A stretch of 64,000 nt of DNA. It comes from an uncultured Gammaproteobacteria bacterium (GTDB lineage: Bacteria > Pseudomonadota > Gammaproteobacteria > CAWCPV01). Shown one piece after another: positions 43,679 to 53,277 of this stretch. The stretch is from assembly GCA_963797555.1 (NCBI GenBank), contig CAWCPV010000002.1, positions 160,001-224,000 on the forward strand, read 5' to 3'. The notes beneath the pieces are model-generated. The model ran no database searches. It was given only the letters and a program-made list of their open reading frames with translations, and was not told the origin of the DNA. Made by a program: the position numbers and the translations under genes. The number at the start of each line of letters is the position of its first letter. Positions within the stretch are counted from its first letter, which is position 1.

Positions 43679-45709
43679 ATGAGCGAAGCCTCTGTCCCGG
43701 CAGAGCTGTCCAAGGCGTTAATCCACTCCGAGCTTGACGGCAGGAGGCGGGTCGTCATCGAGGGCGTGAAGCCTGAGGTAGACGGCGGGCGGTTTCCGAT
43801 CAAGAGGGTGATGGGCGAGTCCGTAGTGGTGCAGGCCGATGTGTTCGCCGACGGCCACGACACGCTGGCGTGCCGCGTGCTGTACCGGCCCGAATCGGCT
43901 GCAGAGTGGCGTGCCGTCGCCATGAAGCCGATGGCCAACGACCGCTGGGAGGCGGTCTTTCCGGTGACGGACGGCGGACGCTATCGGTACACGGTGGAAG
44001 GATGGGTGGACGCTTTCCAGACTTGGCGCCGCGACCTGGTGAAACGACGGCAAGCGGGTCAGGACCTCACAGTGCCCTTGCTGGTGGGCGCCGACCTCAT
44101 CGAGCAGACGGCAACACGCGCACCGTCCCCCGACGGGGAGCGGCTGAACGCTTGGGCAGGGGACCTGCGGAGTGAGCGCAGCCAGGACCTGCGGTACCAC
44201 CTAGCCATGGACGAAGAGCTGGCCGTGGCCGTGGGGCGTTACCCGGATATGGATCTCATCACGCGCTACGAGCGGGAGCTGTCGGCGGTGGTGGACCGGG
44301 AGCGTGCCCGATACGGCGCCTGGTACGAGCTGTTTCCACGCTCCGGCGACCAAGGTGTCCACGCTACCTTCGAGGATTGCGAGGCGCGGCTGCGCTATGT
44401 GGCGGAGATGGGGTTCGACGTACTGTACCTGCCGCCGGTGCATCCCATCGGGCTGTCGCACCGCAAGGGCCGCAACAACAGTCCCGTTGCGGCGCCGGGA
44501 GACGTGGGCAGCCCTTGGGCCATCGGCGCCCCAGAGGGCGGCCACAAGGCGGTGCATCCGCAGCTAGGCACCCTGGAGGACTTCCGGAGCCTCGTCGAGC
44601 GCGCCCGCGAGCTGAACATCGAGATGGCCATCGACATCGCCTTCCAATGCTCCCCGGACCACCCCTACGTCAAGGAGCATCCAGAGTGGTTCCGCCTCAG
44701 GCCGGACGGCACTGTCCAGTACGCGGAGAACCCGCCGAAGAAGTACCAGGACATCTACCCCTTCGACTTCGAGACCCGGGAATGGCGTGCCCTCTGGGAC
44801 GAGCTGCGGGACGTGGTGCTGTTCTGGATCGGCCACGGGGTAAGGATCTTCCGGGTGGACAACCCCCACACCAAGCCCTTCGCGTTCTGGGAATGGCTTA
44901 TCGCAGAGGTCAAGGCGCGTCATCCGGAGGCTCTGTTTCTGGCCGAGGCATTCACCCGGCCCAAGATCATGCATCGCCTGGCCAAGCTCGGCTTCACCCA
45001 GTCCTACACATACTTCACTTGGCGCAACACCAAGTGGGACCTCACGCAGTACTTCACAGAGCTGGCGCAGGGCGAAGGGCGGGAGTACCTGCGGCCCAGT
45101 CTGTGGCCGAACACGCCGGATATCCTCAACGAGTACCTGCAGTTCGGCGGACGCCCCGCGTTCGTCGTGCGGCTCGTGCTGGCGGCCACCCTGGGTGCGA
45201 GCTACGGCATTTACGGCCCCGCTTTCGAGCTGATGGAGGCGCAGCCACGGGAGGCCGGCAGCGAGGAGTATCTCGACTCGGAGAAGTACCAGCTCGGGCA
45301 GTGGGACATCGACCGCGAGGACAGCCTGCGCGACCTGATCACGCGCGTCAACCGCATCCGCCATGACAACCCCGCGCTGCACGGAGACTGGAGCCTGCGT
45401 TTCCACGCGGTGGACAACGATCAGCTCATCGCCTACAGCAAGCGGGCGGAGGAGGAGAACGACGCGGTGCTGGTGGTGGTGAATCTGGACCCTTACCACA
45501 CCCAGGCGGGATGGCTGGAACTGCCGCTCCAGGAGTTCGGGCTCGATCCCCGCCAGCCGTACCAGATGCACGACCTGCTGAGCGGCGCGCGCTATATCTG
45601 GCACGGGGCGCGGAATTACGTGGAGCTGGATCCCCAGAGCTATCCCGCGCACATCTTCCGTCTGCGCCGCCGGGTGCGCACCGAGCGCGATTTCGAGTAC
45701 TACCTCTGA
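43679..45709 (+). CDS. glgE: Alpha-1,4-glucan:maltose-1-phosphate maltosyltransferase
   Basis: WYELFPRS, YAENPPKKYQDIY, FRVDNPHTKP and LAEAFTRP. Confidence 0.95.
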   Translation: MSEASVPAELSKALIHSELDGRRRVVIEGVKPEVDGGRFPIKRVMGESVVVQADVFADGHDTLACRVLYRPESAAEWRAVAMKPMANDRWEAVFPVTDGGRYRYTVEGWVDAFQTWRRDLVKRRQAGQDLTVPLLVGADLIEQTATRAPSPDGERLNAWAGDLRSERSQDLRYHLAMDEELAVAVGRYPDMDLITRYERELSAVVDRERARYGAWYELFPRSGDQGVHATFEDCEARLRYVAEMGFDVLYLPPVHPIGLSHRKGRNNSPVAAPGDVGSPWAIGAPEGGHKAVHPQLGTLEDFRSLVERARELNIEMAIDIAFQCSPDHPYVKEHPEWFRLRPDGTVQYAENPPKKYQDIYPFDFETREWRALWDELRDVVLFWIGHGVRIFRVDNPHTKPFAFWEWLIAEVKARHPEALFLAEAFTRPKIMHRLAKLGFTQSYTYFTWRNTKWDLTQYFTELAQGEGREYLRPSLWPNTPDILNEYLQFGGRPAFVVRLVLAATLGASYGIYGPAFELMEAQPREAGSEEYLDSEKYQLGQWDIDREDSLRDLITRVNRIRHDNPALHGDWSLRFHAVDNDQLIAYSKRAEEENDAVLVVVNLDPYHTQAGWLELPLQEFGLDPRQPYQMHDLLSGARYIWHGARNYVELDPQSYPAHIFRLRRRVRTERDFEYYL

Positions 45710-45722
45710 GGAGCTTGCCGAT

Positions 45723-48700
45723 ATGGGCCACCACACGACGGGCACCGCACTCGCGGACGACCCGCTCTGGTACAAGGACGCCATCATCTACGAGGTCCAC
45801 GTCAAGGCGTTTTACGACAGCAACAACGACGGTATCGGCGACTTCCCGGGGCTGATCGAGAGACTGGACTACCTCCAGGATCTCGGGGTCAATACCATCT
45901 GGCTGCTTCCCTTCTACCCGTCGCCGATGAAGGACGACGGCTACGATATCTCCGACTACCGCAACATCCACCCCGACTACGGCACCCGCAAGGATTTCCG
46001 AACTTTCGTGCGGGAGGCGCACCGCAGGGGCCTGCGGGTGATCACCGAGCTGGTGGTGAACCACACCTCCGATCAGCACCCCTGGTTCCAGGCGGCGCGG
46101 CGGGCGCCCGCCGGCTCGGCGAAGCGCGACTACTATGTCTGGAGCGACACCGACAAGAGGTTCCCCGAGACGCGTGTCATCTTCACCGACAGCGAGACCT
46201 CGAACTGGGCCTGGGACCCGATCGCGCGGGCTTACTACTGGCACCGTTTCTTCTCGCACCAGCCGGACCTGAATTACGACAACCCGCAGGTGGTGAAGGC
46301 GGTGATCAGGCTCATGCGCTTTTGGCTGGACATTGGGGTGGACGGGGTGCGCCTGGACGCCATCCCTTACTTGTGTGTGCAGGAGGGTACCACCAACGAG
46401 AACCTGCCCGCGACCCACGCAGTGATCAGGCAGATGCGCGCCGTCGTGGATGCCCACTACAAGAACCGCATGTTCCTCGCGGAGGCCAACCAGTGGCCCG
46501 AGGACGTGGCGGAGTATTTCGGCGACGGGGATGAGTGTCACATGGCCTACCACTTCCCGCTGATGCCGCGCATGTACATGGCGGTGGCCCAGGAGGACCG
46601 GCACCCCATGACCGAGATCATGCGCCAGACGCCGGATATTCCCAGCACCTGCCAGTGGGCCATCTTCCTGCGCAACCACGACGAGCTGACCCTGGAGATG
46701 GTGACCTCCCGGGAGCGGGACTACATGTACCAGCACTTCGCCAGCGACCCGCGGATGCGCCTGAACCTGGGGATAAGGCGGCGTCTGGCCCCCCTCATGG
46801 ACAACGAACCAGACAAGATCAAGCTGGTGAACAGCCTGCTCATGTCCATGCCGGGATCACCCATCATCTACTACGGCGACGAAGTTGGCATGGGGGACAA
46901 CTTTTACCTGGGCGACCGCAACGGCGTGCGTACCCCGATGCAGTGGAGCCCGGACCGCAATGCCGGCTTCTCCAAGACCGATCCGCAGCGCCTCTACCTG
47001 CCCCCTATCATGGATCCCGTCTACGGCTACCAGGCCGTCAATGTCGAGGCTCAGAGCCGGGACCGCGCCTCGCTGCTCAACTGGACCAAGAGGCTGGTGG
47101 CGGTGCGCAAGGCTCACAAGGCCTTCGGCCGAGGCACCCTGGAGTTCCTGCGCCCCGGCAACCGTAGGGTGCTCGCCTATGTGCGGGAGTACGAAAACGA
47201 ATCCATTCTGTGCGTCGCCAACCTGTCCCGCTCGGCTCAGCCGGTGGAGCTGGGGCTGTCGAAGTTCAGGGGACGGGTGCCGGTGGAGCTGATGGGGCGC
47301 ACGACCTTCCCGCCGGTCGGTGACCTGCCCTATCTGCTGACACTTCCCGGCTACAGCTTCTACTGGTTCCACCTAGCCACCGACGCCGACGTGCCCTCCT
47401 GGCACGAGGAGCGCCTCGCTCCACTGGAGCTGCCGGTACTGGTACTGTTCAGCGGCTGGCGCAGCTTCTTCCCGGCGGACTTCGAGCACGCGCGGCGCGC
47501 GATGGCGGAGCGCCTGCGCGCCCAACTGGAGCTGGAAGTTCTGCCGGCCTTTCTCAAGGCGCAGCGCTGGTTCGCCGCCAAGGGCCAGACCATTGAAGAG
47601 ATCGGTCTTGGCGCCCAGGCCGAGCTGGACGGCAAACGCGCAAACTGGCTGCTCGCTGAGATACGGGTCCAGGCCACAGGGATCGCTCCGCAAACCTATT
47701 TCGTGCCCATGTCGCTGACCTGGGAGGGCGACGAGGATCGTATCCGTTCCCTGCTCTACTGCACTCTGGCCCGGGTACGCCAGCGGGCAGGTGTCGGTGT
47801 GCTGTGCGACGCATTCAGCGATGCGTCGTTCTGCCACGTGCTTGTCAAGGCCATGGGAGAGAGCCGGGAGATCCCCTTTGGGGATGGGCGGCTGAGGTTC
47901 TCCTCCACCGCCGCCTTCGCCGAGCTGGCCGGCGATCTGTCGGCGGAGCTGAGCGTGCGCCGGCCGGATGCCGAGGGCAGCAATACCACGCTGATCCTGG
48001 GCGAGCGGCTGTTCCTCAAGGGCTACCGGCGGCTGCAGGAAGGCGTCAACCCGGAGCTGGAGCTGGGACGCTTCCTGACCGAGGCCTCTCCATACCACCA
48101 CATCGTCCCCGTCGCCGGCGCCCTGGAGCATCAAGGTGCCGACGGCAAGTCCGTCACGCTGGCATTGCTGCAGGGTTACTTGGAAAGCCAGGGCGACGGC
48201 TGGTCCTACACGCTCCACTATCTGGAGCGGTTCCTGGAGGCCAGCCTGGTGCGCCATCCGGAGCAAAGCAGCGAGGAGACGCAGTCCGAGCACGCGCCCT
48301 ACCTGGTCATGATGCGCACCCTGGGCGTGCGCACCGGCGAGCTGCATCGCGCGCTCGCGGCCGCCACAGGCGACCCGGCCTTCGATCCGGAGCCGGTGCG
48401 CCCGGAAGACCTGGCCGCATGGACGGAGCGGGTGCGCAGTGATACTGTCCTCTCCCTGGGTGGCCTGGAGCGCCGGCTGCCCGACTTGCCGGCGCGCGTG
48501 CACTCGGTTGCCCACCGTCTGCTCGCGCTGCGCGATGACATCTTGCAGCGCATCGACGGTCTGCTGCCGGATGAGGTCGACGCCGTGAAGACGCGCCACC
48601 ATGGCGACTATCACCTCGGGCAGGTGCTGGTGGTCCAGAACGACTTCGTGATCATCGACTTCGAAGGCGAGCCGGCACGGCCGCTGGAGGAGCGCCGCCG

Positions 48701-49109
48701 CAAGCACTCGCCGTTGCGCGATGTGGCCGGTATGCTGCGGTCCTTCGACTACGCAGCGTTTGCCGCCCTGCAGCGCCTGACTGCGGAACGGGAGGATTAT
48801 CTGCCGGTGCTGGAGCCTCTGGCGCGCGGGTGGCGGCGCGCGGTCACCGGTGCCTTCCTGGCCGGCTACGTGGAGGGCGTGCAAGACTGTCTGTGCCGCC
48901 CGGCCGACGAGGCGCATACGCGTGCCCTCATCGACCTGTTCGTGCTGGAGAAGGCTCTGTACGAGCTGCGCTACGAGCTGGATAACCGGCCCGATTGGAT
49001 AGGTATCCCGGTCCACGGCGTCATGGGTGTGCTGGAGGAGCCGACGCCTCTGTTGGATGGGGCCACCCCGCTCTCGGCAACGCCCGCGCCCGAGTCTGGC
49101 GCGGCCTGA
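45723..49109 (+). CDS. treS: Trehalose synthase / maltokinase fusion
   Basis: WYKDAIIYE, RLDAIPY, FLRNHDELTLE; C-terminal HGDYHLGQVL, IDFEGEP and LEKALYE. Confidence 0.94.
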   Translation: MGHHTTGTALADDPLWYKDAIIYEVHVKAFYDSNNDGIGDFPGLIERLDYLQDLGVNTIWLLPFYPSPMKDDGYDISDYRNIHPDYGTRKDFRTFVREAHRRGLRVITELVVNHTSDQHPWFQAARRAPAGSAKRDYYVWSDTDKRFPETRVIFTDSETSNWAWDPIARAYYWHRFFSHQPDLNYDNPQVVKAVIRLMRFWLDIGVDGVRLDAIPYLCVQEGTTNENLPATHAVIRQMRAVVDAHYKNRMFLAEANQWPEDVAEYFGDGDECHMAYHFPLMPRMYMAVAQEDRHPMTEIMRQTPDIPSTCQWAIFLRNHDELTLEMVTSRERDYMYQHFASDPRMRLNLGIRRRLAPLMDNEPDKIKLVNSLLMSMPGSPIIYYGDEVGMGDNFYLGDRNGVRTPMQWSPDRNAGFSKTDPQRLYLPPIMDPVYGYQAVNVEAQSRDRASLLNWTKRLVAVRKAHKAFGRGTLEFLRPGNRRVLAYVREYENESILCVANLSRSAQPVELGLSKFRGRVPVELMGRTTFPPVGDLPYLLTLPGYSFYWFHLATDADVPSWHEERLAPLELPVLVLFSGWRSFFPADFEHARRAMAERLRAQLELEVLPAFLKAQRWFAAKGQTIEEIGLGAQAELDGKRANWLLAEIRVQATGIAPQTYFVPMSLTWEGDEDRIRSLLYCTLARVRQRAGVGVLCDAFSDASFCHVLVKAMGESREIPFGDGRLRFSSTAAFAELAGDLSAELSVRRPDAEGSNTTLILGERLFLKGYRRLQEGVNPELELGRFLTEASPYHHIVPVAGALEHQGADGKSVTLALLQGYLESQGDGWSYTLHYLERFLEASLVRHPEQSSEETQSEHAPYLVMMRTLGVRTGELHRALAAATGDPAFDPEPVRPEDLAAWTERVRSDTVLSLGGLERRLPDLPARVHSVAHRLLALRDDILQRIDGLLPDEVDAVKTRHHGDYHLGQVLVVQNDFVIIDFEGEPARPLEERRRKHSPLRDVAGMLRSFDYAAFAALQRLTAEREDYLPVLEPLARGWRRAVTGAFLAGYVEGVQDCLCRPADEAHTRALIDLFVLEKALYELRYELDNRPDWIGIPVHGVMGVLEEPTPLLDGATPLSATPAPESGAA

Positions 49110-49234
49110 TGTCCCATGCACCAGCACCACGCATGCCGCCGGCCGCTCCTGCAGCGAGCCGCTGACCTGGACCAGCGGGCGTCAGCCTACCTCGCCACGG
49201 TGCGCGGCATCGACTTCGAGGTCATCCCGCGGCC

Positions 49235-51397
49235 ATGAGCCGACAGTGCGTACCGGTCTGGCCCGGTCACCCCTACCCCTTGGGTGCAACGTGGGACGGC
49301 GAAGGCGTGAACTTCGCCCTGTTCTCGGAGCATGCCGAGAAAGTCGAGTTGTGCCTGCTCGACCCCAAGAGCCGCCGCGAGGTGGAGCGCATCCCGGTGA
49401 CGGAACGGACCGACCAGGTCTGGCACTGCTATCTGCCGGAGGCCCGGCCAGGTCTCCTCTATGGATACCGCGTCTACGGACCTTACAAGCCCGAGGAGGG
49501 TCACCGCTACAACCCCCACAAGCTATTGCTCGATCCCTATGCCAAGGCCATCCATGGGACTCTGCGCTGGAGTGATGCCCACTTCGGTTACCGGGTGGGG
49601 GGCCGGCGGGAGGACCTCTCCTTCGACCCTCGCGACAATGCCGCCGGAATGCCGAAATGCATGGTGATCGACCCGGCCTTCACCTGGGGAGACGATCGTC
49701 CGCCGCGCCACTCCTGGCACGACACCATCATCTACGAGCTGCACGTCAAGGGCTTTACGACGCTGCACCCGCAGGTCCCCCCGCACCTGCGCGGCACCTT
49801 TGCCGGCATCGCCTCGGCACCGGTCATCGAGCACCTGCAGCGGCTCGGGGTGACGGCGGTGGAGCTGATGCCGGTCCACGCCTTCATCGACGACCGCCAC
49901 TTGGTGGCCCGCGGGCTGCGCAACTACTGGGGATACAATTCCATCGGCTACTTCGCGCCGGAGAACCGCTATTCGGCCACGGGGTTGGTGAGCGAGTTCA
50001 AGACCATGGTCAAGCGCCTCCACTCGGCAGGGGTGGAGGTCATCTTGGACGTGGTGTACAACCACACGGCCGAGGGCAACCACCTGGGACCTACGCTGTC
50101 GTTTCGCGGCATCGACAACAGCGCTTACTATCGACCGAACGCCGATAGCCCCCGTTACTACCAGGATTACACCGGCTGCGGCAACACCTTGAACATGATG
50201 CACCCGCGGGTGCTGCAGCTCATCATGGACAGCCTGCGCTACTGGGTGTTGGAGATGCACGTGGACGGCTTTCGTTTCGACCTGGCCTCCGCGCTGGCGC
50301 GGGAGCTGCATGCGGTCGACCGCCTCGGCGCGTTTTTCGACATCATTCACCAGGACCCGGTCATCTCTCAGGTGAAGCTCATTGCCGAGCCCTGGGACTT
50401 GGGAGAGGGCGGCTATCAGGTCGGGAACTTCCCGGTAGGTTGGACGGAGTGGAACGCCAAGTATCGGGATACCGTGCGCGCCTACTGGCGCGGCGACGAA
50501 GGGCAGCTCGGGGAGCTGGCGTCTCGCTTGACCGGGTCGAGCGACCTTTACGGGAGCAACGGGCGCAGTCCACATGCCAGCATCAACTTCGTCACCTCCC
50601 ATGACGGATTTACGCTCCAGGACTTGGTGAGCTACAACGACAAGCACAACGAGGCGAACGCAGAGGACAACCGGGACGGCGAGCGCCACAACCTGAGCTG
50701 GAATTGCGGTGTGGAGGGGCCTTCGCCTGACGCCGCTATCCGTGCGCTGCGCGCCCGGCAGAAGCGCAATTTCATCGCTACGCTGCTGCTGTCCCAGGGC
50801 GTCCCGATGCTGGTCGGCGGCGACGAGTTTGGCAGAACCCAACATGGCAACAACAATGCGTACTGCCAGGATAACGAGATGAGTTGGGTCCGCTGGGACC
50901 TGAGTCCGGAGGACCAGGATTTCTTGGCCTTTGTCCAGTATCTGGCGGGTGTGCGTAAGGCCCACCCGATGTTCCGCCGGCGACGCTTCTTTCAGGGGCG
51001 GCCGATGGAAGGCACGGGGTACAAGGACGTCACCTGGTTCAGCCCCGAGGGCCGGGAGATGACCGAGCAAGACTGGCATCAACCGTTCGCGCGCTGCCTG
51101 GGCCTGGCTCTGGCCGGCAAGGCGGCGGACGAGGTTGACGCGCACGGCCGGCCCATGGTGGACGACAACTTCCTGGTCCTGCTCAACGCCCACCATGAAG
51201 CCATGGCGTTCGTGCTGCCGCCGTGCTCCGTGGACGCGCGCTGGGAGGTGCTGGTGGACACCAGCCGCAGCGCGGACCTCGACGTCCACGGCCACTTCGG
51301 CGCCAAGGAATCATACTCGTTGAAGCCGCGCAGCATGGCGCTGCTCATCGAGCGGCATACTGCGCAGGCGGCGGGGCCACCGCCGGAGGAGCCGTGA
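49235..51397 (+). CDS. glgX: Glycogen debranching enzyme
   Basis: PLGATWDGEGVNFALFS, NYWGYN, DVVYNHTAEG, GFRFDLA and NNNAYCQDN. Confidence 0.95.
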   Translation: MSRQCVPVWPGHPYPLGATWDGEGVNFALFSEHAEKVELCLLDPKSRREVERIPVTERTDQVWHCYLPEARPGLLYGYRVYGPYKPEEGHRYNPHKLLLDPYAKAIHGTLRWSDAHFGYRVGGRREDLSFDPRDNAAGMPKCMVIDPAFTWGDDRPPRHSWHDTIIYELHVKGFTTLHPQVPPHLRGTFAGIASAPVIEHLQRLGVTAVELMPVHAFIDDRHLVARGLRNYWGYNSIGYFAPENRYSATGLVSEFKTMVKRLHSAGVEVILDVVYNHTAEGNHLGPTLSFRGIDNSAYYRPNADSPRYYQDYTGCGNTLNMMHPRVLQLIMDSLRYWVLEMHVDGFRFDLASALARELHAVDRLGAFFDIIHQDPVISQVKLIAEPWDLGEGGYQVGNFPVGWTEWNAKYRDTVRAYWRGDEGQLGELASRLTGSSDLYGSNGRSPHASINFVTSHDGFTLQDLVSYNDKHNEANAEDNRDGERHNLSWNCGVEGPSPDAAIRALRARQKRNFIATLLLSQGVPMLVGGDEFGRTQHGNNNAYCQDNEMSWVRWDLSPEDQDFLAFVQYLAGVRKAHPMFRRRRFFQGRPMEGTGYKDVTWFSPEGREMTEQDWHQPFARCLGLALAGKAADEVDAHGRPMVDDNFLVLLNAHHEAMAFVLPPCSVDARWEVLVDTSRSADLDVHGHFGAKESYSLKPRSMALLIERHTAQAAGPPPEEP

Positions 51398-53277
51398 AGC
51401 GCAGCCACGCCATGCCCTTCGGGGCGGCCCCGTTAGCCGGAGGGGGTGTGCGCTTCCGGCTGTGGGCACCCGCCCAGAGAGCAGTACAGCTCTGCCTGGA
51501 GGGACCGGGGGGCGACGTCATCCTTCCCATGCAGACGGGGCCCGGTGGCTGGTTCGAGCTCGTCAGCGACAGCGCGCATGCGGGCAGCCGCTATCGTTTC
51601 CTGCTGGACGGTGGCATGCGCGTCCCCGACCCCGCCTCGCGCTTCCAGCCCGAGGACGTGCACGGTCCCAGCGAGGTGATCGACCCGCGAGCCTGGGAAT
51701 GGAGCGACGGCGGTTGGCACGGACGCCCTTGGGAGGAGTCGGTCATCTATGAGCTGCACGTAGGCGCCTTCACGCCGCTAGGCACCTTCGCCGCTGTCGA
51801 GGGTCACTTGGACTATCTGAAGGATCTCGGCATCACCGCGGTCGAGCTGATGCCGGTGGCGGACTTCCCTGGGCGGCGGAACTGGGGGTACGACGGCGTC
51901 CTGCCGTTCGCCCCGGACAGTTGTTACGGGCGTCCCGAGAGCCTCAAGGCCCTGGTCCAGGCGGCCCACGCCCGGGGGCTCATGGTCCTTCTGGACGTCG
52001 TCTACAATCACTTCGGGCCCGAGGGCAATTACCTGCACCTTTACGCCCCCCCGTTCTTCACCGAGCGCCACCACACCCCGTGGGGGGCAGCCGTCAACTT
52101 CGATGGCGAGGGCAGCCGCCAAGTCCGCGACTTCTTCATACACAATGCCTTGTACTGGCTGGAAGAGTACCACTTCGATGGCCTGCGCCTCGACGCAGTC
52201 CACGCCATCGTCGATGACTCCGTGCCAGACATCCTGGAGGAGTTGGCGGACGCGGTTCACACCGGACCGGGGGCGCAGCGGCACGTGCACCTCGTGCTGG
52301 AAAACGATCACAATGCCGCCCATTACCTACGGCGGGAGAGCGACGGCCGGCCGCGCTGGTACTCCGCCCAGTGGAACGACGACATCCACCATGCCGCCCA
52401 CGTGCTCGCGACCGGCGAGACCGGCGGGTACTACCGGGATTATGGCGACGATCCAGTCCGGCACCTCGGTCGTTGCCTGACCGAGGGCTTCGCGTATCAG
52501 GGCGAGCCGTCTTCCTATCGGCGCGGCGCGCCCCGCGGGGAGCCCAGCCGCTATCTGCCGCCGACGGCATTCGTGGCATTTCTGCAGAATCACGACCAGG
52601 TCGGCAACCGGGCATTTGGGGAGCGCATCACCCGGCTAACGTCCCCGGAGGCCCTGCGGGCACTGTCCGCCATCATGCTCCTCGCCCCCTCGCCCCCGTT
52701 GCTGTTCATGGGCCAGGAGTTCGGTGCGGTTCAACCGTTTCCGTTCTTCTGCAATCTCGGTCCGGATCTGGCAACTGCGGTGAGCGAAGGGCGGCGCAAT
52801 GAGTTTGCCCGATTTCCTGAGTTCAGCGACCCCGAGGTCCGCGCACGCATCCCGGATGCGGGCGCCGAGAGTACATTCGCCGCGGCCGTCCTGGACTGGA
52901 GCAGTCTGCATCGCCCACCCCACAGCGACTGGGTTGCCCTGCACCGCGAACTGCTGGCGCTTCGGCGCGCCCAAATCGTGCCCCGGGTAGCCCGGACCGG
53001 ACGAGCACCCGAGACCGGCTACCGTACGTTCGGCGGGCGCGGCTTGGTGGCGCACTGGGTGCTGTCCGAGGGAGAGCGCCTGGTGCTCGTCGCCAACCTC
53101 GGAGACTCAGCCATCACTGCCACCGGCGCGTCGGTGGGGGTGCTTCTATACGGTACCCACCCCGATCTCTTTGATTGGCTGGGGCAAGGCCGGCTGCCCG
53201 CCTGGTGCGCGGCTTGGCACCTCGAGAGGAGCGGCTCCGCGCCTGAGGGGACCCTCCCGGCAGCCAAATTCCGGTGA
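51394..53277 (+). CDS. treZ: Malto-oligosyltrehalose trehalohydrolase
   Basis: FRLWAP, WGYDGV, DVVYNHFGPEGNY, LRLDAVHAI and QNHDQVGNR; GTG start. Confidence 0.94.
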   Translation: MKRSHAMPFGAAPLAGGGVRFRLWAPAQRAVQLCLEGPGGDVILPMQTGPGGWFELVSDSAHAGSRYRFLLDGGMRVPDPASRFQPEDVHGPSEVIDPRAWEWSDGGWHGRPWEESVIYELHVGAFTPLGTFAAVEGHLDYLKDLGITAVELMPVADFPGRRNWGYDGVLPFAPDSCYGRPESLKALVQAAHARGLMVLLDVVYNHFGPEGNYLHLYAPPFFTERHHTPWGAAVNFDGEGSRQVRDFFIHNALYWLEEYHFDGLRLDAVHAIVDDSVPDILEELADAVHTGPGAQRHVHLVLENDHNAAHYLRRESDGRPRWYSAQWNDDIHHAAHVLATGETGGYYRDYGDDPVRHLGRCLTEGFAYQGEPSSYRRGAPRGEPSRYLPPTAFVAFLQNHDQVGNRAFGERITRLTSPEALRALSAIMLLAPSPPLLFMGQEFGAVQPFPFFCNLGPDLATAVSEGRRNEFARFPEFSDPEVRARIPDAGAESTFAAAVLDWSSLHRPPHSDWVALHRELLALRRAQIVPRVARTGRAPETGYRTFGGRGLVAHWVLSEGERLVLVANLGDSAITATGASVGVLLYGTHPDLFDWLGQGRLPAWCAAWHLERSGSAPEGTLPAAKFR